A DNA stretch of 63,273 bases, the filler included, from Choristocarpus tenellus KU-1152 (lineage: Eukaryota > Protista > Phaeophyceae): assembly GCA_964200185.2 (NCBI GenBank). It is 12 parts of 12 records of this genome, joined end to end, with 100 filler letters (N's around TTAATTAATTAA, not from the genome) between each part and the next. Parts side by side here need not be neighbours in the genome. Positions count along the whole stretch, not along the records: positions 1 to 4,511 come from CAXNAD020014221.1; positions 4,612 to 18,011 come from CAXNAD020001506.1; 10 more parts are not named here. The stretch is one strand, 5' to 3'. The stretch's first letter is position 1. Every line of letters begins with the position of its first letter. The translations under genes were made by a program, and so were the position numbers. Below are positions 1-12,123 of this stretch, in pieces. The notes beneath the pieces were generated by a model. The model did no database searches. It saw only the letters and a program-made list of their open reading frames with translations, and had not been told where the DNA came from.

Positions 1-79
1 GGGTGTGACCTATCTATCCCTTTCTTGTACGAACCACATCACCCTTGAATAAATATTATTAACTAGTTGAAGAAGACGT

Positions 80-128
80 ATCTATGTATCTATGTATCTA
101 TGTATCTATGTATCTATGTATCTATGTA
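80..128 (+). repeat. (TATCTATG)n tandem repeat
   Basis: About 6 copies of an 8-bp unit, read directly. Confidence 0.9.
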
Positions 129-173
129 TTGTATAATACAATATGTAGTGTATGATACATATAAGCATGCCAA

Positions 174-375
174 ACCGTTACTGGCTCCCCCCCGGGGGGG
201 CCGTCTGTCCTTGTACCTTTTGCTTGGTCGAGGTCGCTTCCAAATCGTAGTGGTGCCCTCCACAAGCACCGAAATATTCTTGACCAAAATATATATGCAC
301 TTTCCGCGCACCATTCCGGGTCTTGCCCATCCTCAAAAAAAAGCTCCATCCTCAATATTGATGATCGACTGTTAG
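174..375. mobile_element. Dispersed repeat family C, copy 1 (unclassified)
   Basis: Aligns by eye with 21192-21450 (ccgttac.ggctcccccccggggggg...cactttccgcgcaccattccgg...gctccatcctcaat). This copy lacks about 55 bp of internal sequence. Confidence 0.8.
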
Positions 376-2932
376 TTATGTTTTTCTTCAATGTATTGCG
401 GGAACAAATAAATGACCGTAATTGCAACTATATTTCTGGCGTACAAATTGTATGTGGGAGATTAAACCGCAAAAGAAAAATACTTGAATTAATTCAAAAG
501 TCTTCCCTTCCCCATACAATTTATATTTTTACTGGACACACCGGGAACACAATAGTCTGACGTATATGTCGCAGAGCTACCTCAGCGACATTTACTTTGG
601 GCAGTCGAAAAAACCGAAGGGAAATTGTCGGGTGCAGTCACAGGGTAAAAGACAGGGAGAAGGGGCCGGGAGAAACAAAAAACTAGGTTATGGCAAGGAA
701 GATTGACTGAATGTGGAAGGCATAGAAAAGGTCAAAGGAGAATATTGTGTTCGTGTACTAATGATATTATTAGAATCTGAGTAGTATTTCTTCCATCTCG
801 TGGTCATACTTGGCCATACGTTTTGCCTTGGTTCATCGTAGTTACAGGGAAGAACTCAATGATGTTAAGTACTCATGAAGGGTCACACCATTATTAAGTT
901 ATTGTTGGAAGTCCGTAGGATATCATTTTCAAAATGTGCAATAGACGTCCCTGACTGGATGGATTTGTGACTTCTAATATTTGCAGATGATGTTTGTTGA
1001 TTATTGGGTGCTTCAAAATAGTTGTGGAGGTTGACAAATAGTAACCTACATACTGGGGAGCAAGTTAGTAGGAAAGAGGTGTGCTCTCGTTGTAAGGAAG
1101 GCTTTTTCTCCTTTTCCTCTGTACCTCAGAGCCCATGGACATATATGGAACCCAAAGTAGAAGCATTACCCACTTTGAAAAGTCAGAGGTATGGACCTGT
1201 AAATGCAGAGACTCTTCATGGTAATGTTGTTATCCACATTTTCCCTTCTACTTCAATGGATCTTGATAGAAGATACACTGTAACAGCAATGCATTTGCTC
1301 GTGTTGCCATCTATTCTCCTCACTTGTCAACAAGAAAGAAACGATAGTAAGAATGAACTATTGTAATTATTCTGTATGCATTTTTGCTCCACAAGTACAC
1401 TTTCCATTCGTATTATCTCTTCATCCCACAAGCATTATGTACTGACTGCACATCCCTACTGTATGCATCGATATTTTCACACCCATGCAGCTGTTTGATC
1501 TCCATTTGTACATCTAAATCAAAATATAAACCTCAGGATGACTTATACTTACAATAACTTCAGTCAAACAGCACTGACCTGGCCACATAATCTTCCTTCT
1601 TTACCACTCTACAACGAATCGTTTCCTTCCGCACCATAGTCAATTCATGCAAACGAGATTCTCTCAGCACTCATGTCTACTCACTCCTCTACCATAACAT
1701 TTTCAAATCCTTATCAGCAGTTGACAGCACTTTGTGCTGTGTTGTAACCATATTTGACAATAAGATGTGGTTGTGTTACAAGGGGCATCATATTGGTGGT
1801 ATCAAGAGGGAATGATCACTTGAGTTCAACAACTATAAAATACATCAGAAAACCATTTTGAATGCTCTCTACACATAAACCACAGTAGCATTCCGCACAT
1901 TGAAGCCAACCTCTCCCTGCTCAAGCGATGTAAGGGGTATCTCTATCATTTGTACCTCGTGAATCCATCTCCACCCAAAAGATACTGAGTCCCAAGTTAT
2001 GAACCAGCAACATTCTCTGGTAGGGAGGGGTAGAATTTGTGGAATGGTTAGACGGGTGCTGAAACGAAAGTCGTTGACTATTTCAGTAAGATATTGATTC
2101 GTTGAACATCACACACACGTATGAGAAAAATTGTTTGTCTGGGAAACAACGCTCTTTGCGTAGGCCCTGATGAAACAAGACGTAGCATAGACTTTGCTTT
2201 CTCGCAATGATTCTTGTAGGCGAAAGAACACACGGACACATTAAATTGCAAAGTTGTGAATTCATGCTACATAACATTCTTACAGAATTACATATTCTCT
2301 CAGACTAAGGTCGCTACTATTTTTCCAAACATCCACGAGAAGCAGTCACGTGCACCAGGGTTTACCTCCTGTTACAATTTTCTTGGGCCTAGCATAATTT
2401 TTCTGACTTGGGAGATGGAACCTTTCCTGATCTAAATATTCTCTTGTTAATAATTCTTCCCAAACACTTACAGACTTTTTTTCAACTTGGTTGCACTGGG
2501 TTGCCCTGTTTCCATGGTCCAGGCACCTCGAATATCTGTCCAGGTTTGGGAATATCGGAATTCTCCTCCTTGATAAGTTCGGCATCATCTGCAATGTACT
2601 TGAACTGACAATTAAGCGGAAGGAGGTCATCATATTACTTTATCCTGCCACACATTACTTCGTCAATTATATTCTATGCACAAATGTGATATTTCGAATT
2701 TTGACTCTTTATTATTTATCAAGTGGAATGAAAGCTGAGTGATCTTTTGGGGGATGGGCTGTAGTTAATTCGTCCTTTCCACACATTATTCAAACTCCTG
2801 TGCCCACCTTCTCCAGCGAAAATGTTCCCATCATTCCCAATGTAGTTATATTTCTGACTCACATTGATCAACGTGATCCACGCAATCTACACGGTTTCAA
2901 CTTCTTCCTAAAGAACACCATGATCCATCAAT

Positions 2933-3113
2933 GGCTCAAAGTATCTGGAGTGTGTGTGGCGGGTGTCCATTTGGGGTCCATTTTTTCCATGTCGCAATTT
3001 TTGGGTGATTCGGTTGCATACGTTGGATGGATAATGTAAGCGCACTTTTCCTGGTTTTGACCCAAATGGACACCCTGGTGTAGACCCCCCACCCCCCCCA
3101 GATATTTTGGGTC
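2933..3113. mobile_element. MITE family A (about 180 bp, Sola-like), full-length copy
   Basis: TIRs GGCTCAAAGTATCTGG...CCAGATATTTTGGGTC; subterminal inverted GTCCATTTGG/CCAAATGGAC; homologous to 42770-42952 and 50800-50935. Confidence 0.85.
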
Positions 3114-3979
3114 AATACGCGGAGGAACTTTCTGATATCCAAGTACCACTATATGCAAGCAAGAATATACAAATGCCATACATGTTGCTCACCAAACAGC
3201 CTTCACCGTCCGGTAGGCCCCCAAACCAATGACCTTCGTAGTATGCTCTCCTATGTTCCTGCCAGTTGGAGCGTGTAGGATTCATGTTACTACTTAAAAT
3301 GCTAGGTACACACTGGGTATATGTTGCCAGGGCGTTGTCAAGAGTGTAACAAGACGTAATTAATAAAAGCAGTGGATATTGAACACCCCTGCTGCTGGAA
3401 CAAGAACGTTTAATGAGTAATTTTGTGTTGGAATAGCACATGTCGATTCCAAAAAAGGGCATTCCGTAGTAGACATTCTGGTTGCCTGTACATGATCTTC
3501 ACGATAATAGTGCCCACCCTTCAAGTCGACCCAACAAGAGTAGTACTAGGGTCACGACTTCATCTACGTGTAAATTGCCCGCTTTTAAATTTATTGTCCA
3601 ACGTCTCTCTCGTGTAGGTTAAAAAATAAGTGAGAGAGTCAATTGTGAAATCTAATGGGTCTTGTATTGTATGGTTTGTGGGTGACAGAAAGCTGTTTGA
3701 TTAATGGAAAACGAAATAACAACCCCATGCAATGTATATAGGAATCCGTTCATACATCACCTTTGTGTAGGCATAGTTCATTATTCCGATTCCTTCAGGC
3801 CTCATGTCGATGCCATTGAACTCCTTAAATTTTGTACGGTTATCAACAAAGTAATGAAAAAAAGTAAAATTAGTCGGAGGGAATGACAACGTGTGGTGGT
3901 GAGGGTACATCGAGTAAGGACGGTATATTCCATATGTTAAAAAATATAGAAATTGAGCAATTGGCAGATGATCATTTTT

Positions 3980-4200
3980 ATTGTTATGCCCTCTGACAGG
4001 TTCCAGATGTTTCAGGGGGGAAATCAATGATAACTATACATATGTCAGTATAAGCCCTAAAGAAATAAAATGTCATAAATGTGAAAGACACTAATCTATT
4101 TGTTACTTCACCACTATCTATGTTGTCCTATTGCCTTCCTGTGTCTCCAATCTACCTGTACCTAAACCCTGAGGAGGTAGGGAGGCATCCCAACATCATT
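3980..4200 (-). mobile_element. Dispersed repeat family D (SINE-like), copy
   Basis: Homologous to 56915-57150 and 58585-58880; shared end ttattatgccc-ctgaca...tgtcag. Confidence 0.75.
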
Positions 4201-4469
4201 CGAAATAAACATAGAATATCAAGCTTACTGCATACTATGCTGATATGAAACTTTAATGTAGTGAGCAAGATCAACCGATAATAGAGACTGAGTTGAATTA
4301 TATAAGGCGTTTCTAAAAAAAAAAGTATATATATATATTTAATTATCTGAATAGATAGAAGACTACTAGGTGTTCACTGTATCAGGTGGATGGTAGTTGG
4401 GGATAGCTGAAAAGAAATATCTCGTGGGGTCCAACATATTTTCTATTATTTAGTTGATCTACATCAATA

Positions 4470-4511
4470 GACCCAAAGTATCTGGGAGGGGGGGGGGTCT
4501 ACACCAGGGTG
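4470..4511. mobile_element. MITE family A fragment truncated by contig end
   Basis: GACCCAAAGTATCTGGG...GGTCTACACCAGGGTG matches the family A end. Confidence 0.85.
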
Positions 4512-4611
4512 NNNNNNNNNNNNNNNNNNNNNNNNNNNNNNNNNNNNNNNNNNNNTTAATTAATTAANNNNNNNNNNNNNNNNNNNNNNNNNNNNNNNNN
4601 NNNNNNNNNNN
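4512..4611. other. Artificial contig-joining spacer (first of 11; others at 18012, 21092, 23789, 26952, 29922, 41256, 48313, 50936, 53977, 60473)
   Basis: Identical 100-bp N44-TTAATTAATTAA-N44 blocks; the core gives stops in all six frames. Confidence 0.98.
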
Positions 4612-4663
4612 CTCTCTCCGCCACACCCCCACTGTATCCCACGCCGCCTCCCCCCCACCCACC

Positions 4664-4699
<36 letters not shown>

Positions 4700-4753
4700 T
4701 TTCCAAGCACACACCGCATATCATTACACATTGGTACCACGAAACATGCACAG

Positions 4754-6313
4754 GAATTTGATCGGCGTCGGAAGGACAAGATCACGAATGAGCAATTTAT
4801 GTCCGTCCTCTACAACTTGTCCGTGAATCTAACAAAGGATGAGATAGACGCCATATCTCGAAGGTAACTACAATTTGTTTATTTGCATAGGTACAGCAAG
4901 CCAAAGCAGTCAGATGTACAAACTACCTTCTTCTCCTGGTGACATATGCACACACACACAATTCTTTATTATGTCAGTTAGCATGCTCCATACATGAGAA
5001 AACCACCGGGTAAAAAGGGACCAGCACAGGGTCATATGGTGCCTACTTCTGTACACATTCCAATACATCAACTGGGGGTTGATTTTTTTGAGTTGAATTC
5101 TTGATTGAGTGAGAATCACGCTAAGTGAGTTCGTTGCACAGTGTGTACTAATATCTTGGCTAGGTAGGTCCCTGGCCCTTTGCTCATGATTTGTTTTCAT
5201 AATAGGGTATATACGACAAAGGGTGGTAGTGACTTGGGTTGGGGCAAAGTGGAAACATGTTCCGTCTCGAATAAGAACTCTTGGTGAGTTGTAGAGTGTA
5301 CTATTATTGTACTATTTTGCCCATCATATTCCCTTGTGGTGCAGTTGTGACCACTTGCTTGTCCACTAGGAGTACACATATCCACCTATGCAGGTGACAA
5401 AAAAAATTATGCATCCAATATTTTCAAGTAGCTACTTTATTGCAAATGTAGGTTCATTCAAGACCACTTGAAGAAATGAACATTCTGGTGTTGGACTCTC
5501 TACCCCTTAACAGATTTCTGGCAAGATGAGCTTTTCCTATATTTAAAAAAAAATGCTAATGCAGTACTACATAGCTTATCAAATATATGTATATATTTTC
5601 TGTTTTAATATTGAGAGTCTACCCAAATCGGTTCTCACAGCCAAAGTAGAGAGGCAAAAAGTGAACGTAAGTGTGTGCCTCTGCCTTGCACAGAAGACAT
5701 CATGTTCAGTCTATGTCCCCACGAAGTATTTCAAATCACATGCTGGGATTATACGATAAGTAGCTATCTCAGCATGGCACTGGGGGCTTGAAAACATGGA
5801 AAGGTACTATTATTCCAACTGCTGTTCTGTGATAAGGCTATCTCTGCGAATCTATGGGCTCATCCCTGTCTACCCTTGCATGCACGCTTTTGTCAACCAT
5901 GTCATTACTTTACGATTTCACCCAGCATAGGAAATGGTTTTCCTTGTGCATGATTTAGCGTCTTTTGTTTCAACTGTAGTGCGTGGACACAAGTTCCGCG
6001 CCATTCTGTTACTTTGCCAGTAAGCAGCAGTTGCTAAAGAAGCGTACCATAGTGAAATCGTCAATCAGATTTTGCTCAAGAAAACAAGGTTGCACAAATT
6101 ACAGAGTTTTGGGGGGGCATATGCGCACCCTGACAGACACACTGCACTTGGTACAAGATGATCCTCACTTTGTCACCCTAATGTCCCTTCTCTATACATG
6201 AACCATCCATCACATCCAGATATAAGGCAGTGGAGCAGAGCAGAAATGAGGTTGTTGCTTACCCCGCCTTCTGTGCTGATGTTGGCGACACTCCGCTTGC
6301 AATCCCGGTTTGA
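4754..6313 (+). CDS. EF-hand domain protein, last two exons: join(4754..4863,6220..6313), 5' partial
   Basis: Canonical AG/GT sites with matching phase. Translation EFDRRRKDKITNEQFMSVLYNLSVNLTKDEIDAISR|RYKAVEQSRNEVVAYPAFCADVGDTPLAIPV* has the FD...I...F...L...LT..EI..I...Y...V.Y..F paired EF-hand pattern. Confidence 0.75.
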
Positions 6314-8941
6314 TGAGACCACTGAGACAGCAAGGTCGCTCCTAGTGAGCTTCAATGCGCAATGTTCATCACCTCTCCAAACAGCACTTTGCTTGGCTGG
6401 ATATAGCATACGACATTTTAACTATGTTTCTCTCTCGCCAGGACATTTGGCAGCACATTGAATGAACAAGGCATGGGTAGATAGATGGGCAAGGTGGGGG
6501 GGTAAGTGAAGGGGGGACAATCTTCTGGTAACCCCATTTGTTCCATTATTGCACGTATTTCCGTTTAAAGAAACATTGTCCCACCCATTTCCCCTTTCTG
6601 TACTGTGACGCTAAAATATCATCTTCCTATGACCTTTTCGAATGTTTTTATTCTTTGTTTTGCAGTATCCATTTTTTTAGCATGGTAGAGGATGTTGAGG
6701 GATGAAAGTGCTGGTAAGGGTTTATGGTGTGCAAGAGAAGAAACCTGGTGGTCACCACCCTCAGGGCCTTGCACATCAGCAATCACACAACATATCACTC
6801 GCAAGAGGTGGCGTTTGTACTTCGAAGTACTACCGCAATATACAACACCCGGTAGCAGAAAGACTCTCACCTAGACCAGAATTCAAAACCACTTTCTCAT
6901 AATTATTCCTATAGGAGACCGTGGTCAAGATCTCAAACGACATTCTCAGGAGTAACAGAGACAATACTGCACATCACAATAGATATTCACAGTTGCAATC
7001 TTTGATGCAATGTGTTTGGTAGCCACAGAAGAGGGAATGGAAAAGGGCAACGGCACTGACAAATCGGTTGAGGGGATCCAACTACATACTACTTCGTAGA
7101 TAGGTAGTATTTATTTGCCTTTTCTGACGGTCTTACCTGTGACGTGGTCGCCAGGATCCGAAACCGTTAGGATTCCAACCGTTGTTGTGTCCGCTTTATT
7201 GCCAGTGAAGTAGGCGCCAGGACCAAAACACATCATTGTCTCACATCCACATGTTTCACCAGAAAGTGTAACTGTCGCCAGGACCCAAAATAGAACTGAG
7301 GGGCAACCATGACATACTGCTGTTACAGCCACATTTCGGAGATAGTGACATTTATTGATATTACAAATGTAGGTAGTAGTTTGCTAGGTGCATCTGAACG
7401 AAAAGCATGTCCAAGAGCAACTCTACTGGAAAGAGGCGAAGAGGATGGAAACATGTAGAGCTGACTGTCATACCAATGAAAGTGTGACTATTCATAATAC
7501 CATTAATAGTAGAGTACAAGGTAATGACGTCATGGACAACACGCATACTGCAAAGTTGTACTTCACACGAGTTTGCAGTCTCGTTTTCTACAGTGTGGTA
7601 GTTTTAAGCATGACGACAATAGAAGAACCAATCGGGAAAAAAGGATCCAAACGTACATCCACCTGACACTTTTGTGCAGTTCTTAAAAATGAAACGGTTT
7701 CAAGGATCACACATAATTCTGCGAACATGTTACAGATTTCAAAACGAACGTCTGAGCGGCAACGCAGGCATTGCTACTTGTGTATTCCGTAGGACTTCGA
7801 GGTGTCTTTTTTCTTCCAGATATCCAACCTTCTTGGCAAAACTCTAGGAAGGTCAATGGTGGATGGTGGGGGGAGTGCTTCCCTCAATACCAACCTGATT
7901 TTTCAACCCTCTGAAACTGTATTTGTTTAATGATGCGACCTGACGCTGTTATCCATTGTTCTTTTAGCATCAATTACAGAAACTTGTTCTTATCTCCACC
8001 TTGGAATCCCTGGAGTTTTGTGAGACTTCATTAAATGAGAAATAGTAGCCAGGCTGCAGAGAATAAAATAGACGGCTAGGGAGAAGGAAAACTAGACTTA
8101 GACTTGGCACAAATGAATGTTCAAGGAATAATAGGAACCAGAGCAAGGATGTACCCTCACATGCTCTGTGCCACAATGAAAATTCAACATGAACCTGCTT
8201 CACCAACATACTTCATGTTTATAAGTATCTTGCACTGAATTGTTGGCTCCTCTTCAAAAGTGATGGTGAAATCCAAGCAGACAAGGGAGCAGTTGTAAGG
8301 AAAACTAAAGAGACATAAGACTGTATTTTCATAATGGGAGGACTGGAGCAACACACTTTTTCCAACTAACTTCTGAAATATGCAAGTGCACAGGTTTGTG
8401 GTATACACTGTATTGATATCTCCTCCACTCCTGAGGTGTGTGGGTCTGTGTGTGTAAAATAGAGTACTATACATTCAACCGATCTCATCCCGGGATATCC
8501 CCATTCACCCTCCTGTCATCGCTCAAGTTGACAATGGCACAAGGACCTACCTCTACCAACACAAGCTTTGAGGTCACTGCTCATTTTTCTTCTTGTCTAT
8601 CTCACTCGGTATTCTACCCTCTCCCGTCTTGACCAGCACATCACCCGAATATGCATTCCCATCAAAATTCTATCCTACCCCATCTTCTACACTGCTTTTA
8701 CTTGGGCGGCTGGTAGCAACAACTGCAGCAGGACCTGCAGAGCACATAGTGAAGAGCAGGGCAAACCGGAAGAGGTGGATGATGGGCATATTTACTGATG
8801 ATGAGCCACAAAACAGATTCACCCCCAAAATTCGCAGTCATTGCCTGTGGACACACTACATACAGCTATCTCAACTCCCACCTCTTATGTGTGCACTTAT
8901 CAATAATTGCAAAACTGCTGGATAATTTTGGAACACTATCA

Positions 8942-11860
8942 TCACCTACATGAGAAAGGCAACAACTGTCCTTCATCTGATACTCTTGTCCTTAGACAAC
9001 TCCTACCCAAGAACCCACCAAGGGAGGCATGAACCACAGTGCCTGGGGGAGGTCCCGTCATCCCACTCTGGCGCTCATCAACCCTACTCTTGGGGAACTG
9101 AATGGCCGGAGTCACCCATGTGCCACCTGCGTGGTCACCACCACAGCACACGATAGAAATCCAGGGATTTGGGATGGGTAAGGGGAATATTGTTCTAACC
9201 AACACATGGCATTGCTCAGATCCAGGCTAATTCCCATTGATCAACCACTAGAGCAAGTGCCAAATGGGGATTCATGCTATGGATCATACCTATACATCCC
9301 TTGTGACGTAAAACCATCTATACACTGCCGTCAAAGACATTGCAAATAAACAAAGGCAAACACATGAACTAACTCGGTCACTTGCGTGGTGCATGCAGGT
9401 CATCTATGTGCTGGTATGGAGCTCAAGAGGCGAGACAAATCTCTTACGTATAGTAAGTACCAATCAATACATCATCATTCCGTGGAATAAATTGTGTCAT
9501 GACAAAAGGTATAGCCCTGCGAAAACAGAATTCCGCACATCTTGAAGAACATCAAGCACGCCACCTAGTTACATCAAACACTCGTCCCACTGAGGAGCTA
9601 TGTGCACAAACCACCTACACATTTGCATGTACAGTTCTTCCATCATCTACCCTGTGAATGGTTTGTACTGAGAAATGCAGTCTAATAGAGAAAACCACCC
9701 TCGTCTAGACACAGATCAACAGTATTTTCTTGCAGTCCATGTAGGCACGAATCCCAAATATTTTAAAATGGTCCTAAACCACCGAGCTGTAGTGTAAGCA
9801 TGGATGAGTTAACTTCCGATTGGTCTGATGAGTGCCCGTGACAAAACTTGGTGATACAGGGCGATGTGTCGGTTCACTCTGTTCAAAATGACAAAAAAAG
9901 GTACTTGAATAGGAGTGTTTCGTATCCCTGACATCTTTGGTAGAAGGAGATAGATGCATTTGGTCTGCCATGTCTAATTGCACAGTGGATAAAGAAATAG
10001 TGGTAAGGCACAATTCTTAGGGCAGACAAGAGTGAAGTTCCATCAATGAATATTCATGTATGCATGGGTAGATATTGGCAACTGCTGCCTGTCCACAAGT
10101 GTAGAAGTAGGGGTACTGGAGTCGGGGTGAAGAGAGATTGACTAAGCGCAAGCCATCCTATCTTTGATCCTGGACCATTGCAGAGGCACCTCTGCCAGGA
10201 CAAACAAAGCACCACTTTGCACATCAATAATATTTAGAAACTGCACTATCTGAGGTTACATTACAGTCTACCAAGAAACACAGGTAAGGATAGAAACAGT
10301 CTCAGCAGGATTTGAAAAAGAGACAATACACCTCAAAGCACTGCAGCAGCTAACAATGAAATCACTCTTGAAAGGAGGATGTGTGATTTAAACTTTGCAC
10401 CCCCCCCAACACATCTACACTACAATGAGAACACAACTTGTAAGGATCTTGCATGCACCCAGGCCACCACATAATAATAAAATAAATTATCAACAAGAAT
10501 AACACCAAAAATTGTGCTAATGCCACGTGTGTAGAACGTATTTTTAGGTGCAAGAATGGTGTCGCTCACATGAGCATTGGGAGCCGGTCCAGCTGTAGGA
10601 GCCTAAGCGAGCCCCACAGGTTGTGTTGGGGCATGTGACTTTCCCTTCTAATCGGGTCATCTCACCCATCCTAGCGTGCAGGCGAGGATCCGTATGATTT
10701 GTGAGATATTGGGTGTGTGGGGATGAGTGTGGGCTGGGTATCACAGATTTCAAACTCTATCTTGTTCCTTCTGGTATCTACATTGATGCAAGCTATCCTT
10801 TGCATTGTGGGATATCTCACGGACATGCGATTAAATCTACAAGGATTATATTGTAGGCCGAACTGGCATAGAACGCAGTATGAGTTGTGTGAGCATACTC
10901 CAGGAATTACCATCGAATAGTTAATGAAGGGTAAGACAGGCAGTTGTCAGGTGACAGTGCATGTTCGAATGGCAATAGATATGAGCGGCAAGTTCAATGG
11001 GTTATTTTTGCGACATGTCATTGACCTATACAATACTCATTTGTGGTACGCCAATCCATGTTTTATCAAGTCACTGCAGACGGACACACTTCAACATTCC
11101 TGACAGCATGGGCTGGTTGTATTGGACGTTTATGCTTTTGAAAGGACACAACAAATGTTGAAATTGCTTCAATGTGCAATTGCTCACCATTTCTGTCGTT
11201 CTGCGAGGAAGTGCGAGGAACAGGCCGCCTTCGACGACGTGCCTTTGATCTGTACAGGTTTTGGCGGTTGGATGTTAGAGGTATGGTGCAGTCAGTAGGC
11301 TAGGAATACCAACAATGTATTGATACTCCATGCACTCACACATATTGTATATAATGACATAGTCCCTACCTTTGTGGTTTATCGGCCTGTCGCGATTATT
11401 GGTAGACAGCAGACGATCGATGCGTCCAACATGTTGGTCACTTGTCCATTCTAGGGGTTATCGCGGTGACCTCAACACAAATGTGTGAGCACAATAGCAC
11501 TTGCACACCTTCCACAATATCCCAAGCAACTGTCACGGAGGGAGGGATCAGGCTTGCTAACAATGAACAAGAAACTAAGATAAACAATTGGGAAAGGTGG
11601 CCTTCTCAGTCTCTAAAGTTCACCTTACGCCGGTTAAAGCCTTGCTGCGCGATCTGGTGGTTCTCTAATGAGTCCTTCGTGAAGAGTGTTCGCCTGCACA
11701 TACGACACGAGTATATCCGTTCCTCGGCCAGGTCGTCTTGATAATGCTGAAGGTGAGTCAAACCGCTTGTGCTCTGGACAGTCGTAGAGGTTGTCAGTGT
11801 TGCCTCGAGTCCAATGTTAGCATGATCCACGCCATCAGATGTTACAAATTCGGTACCCAT
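8942..11860 (-). CDS. DUSP12/Yvh1-type zinc-binding domain protein lacking the phosphatase domain: complement(join(8942..9126,10570..10670,11188..11249,11624..11860)), 194 aa
   Basis: Four phase-compatible GT-AG exons give YSCRMCRRTLF...H...CSSHFL...WM...EGKVTCP..CGARLGSYSWTGSQCSCGTWVTPAIQFPKSRVD, the Yvh1/DUSP12 C-terminal Zn-binding signature. Confidence 0.92.
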
Positions 11861-12123
11861 CGTTAGCCTCTACCTTTAGGGTACAAATATAAAGTTTGTC
11901 ACACCGCTAGCCACGTTAAGGTGTAGGGTATACAATAATTAGGTATACCAATAACTTCTTCAATATTGATAGCAGAACGCCTCCATAAATCTTACCTTGG
12001 AACTGTCATTCACTGGTGTGATAGACATCATCTTTTCACTTGTTTTTCCGTGTTACGTTGGTACTCCTCCTCGGTCCGATCCCACCCTTTTCTCTCTTGG
12101 TCGGCTGGGATTGTAAGCAAGAA

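Noticed and set aside
1400-3620. Possible decayed Copia RT/RNase H on the minus strand
   Set aside because: Only vague motif echoes; not supportable without a translated search.
4556-4567. Recurrent TTAATTAATTAA motif as a biological repeat or recombination site
   Set aside because: It is always centred in identical N-runs, so it is an artificial linker.
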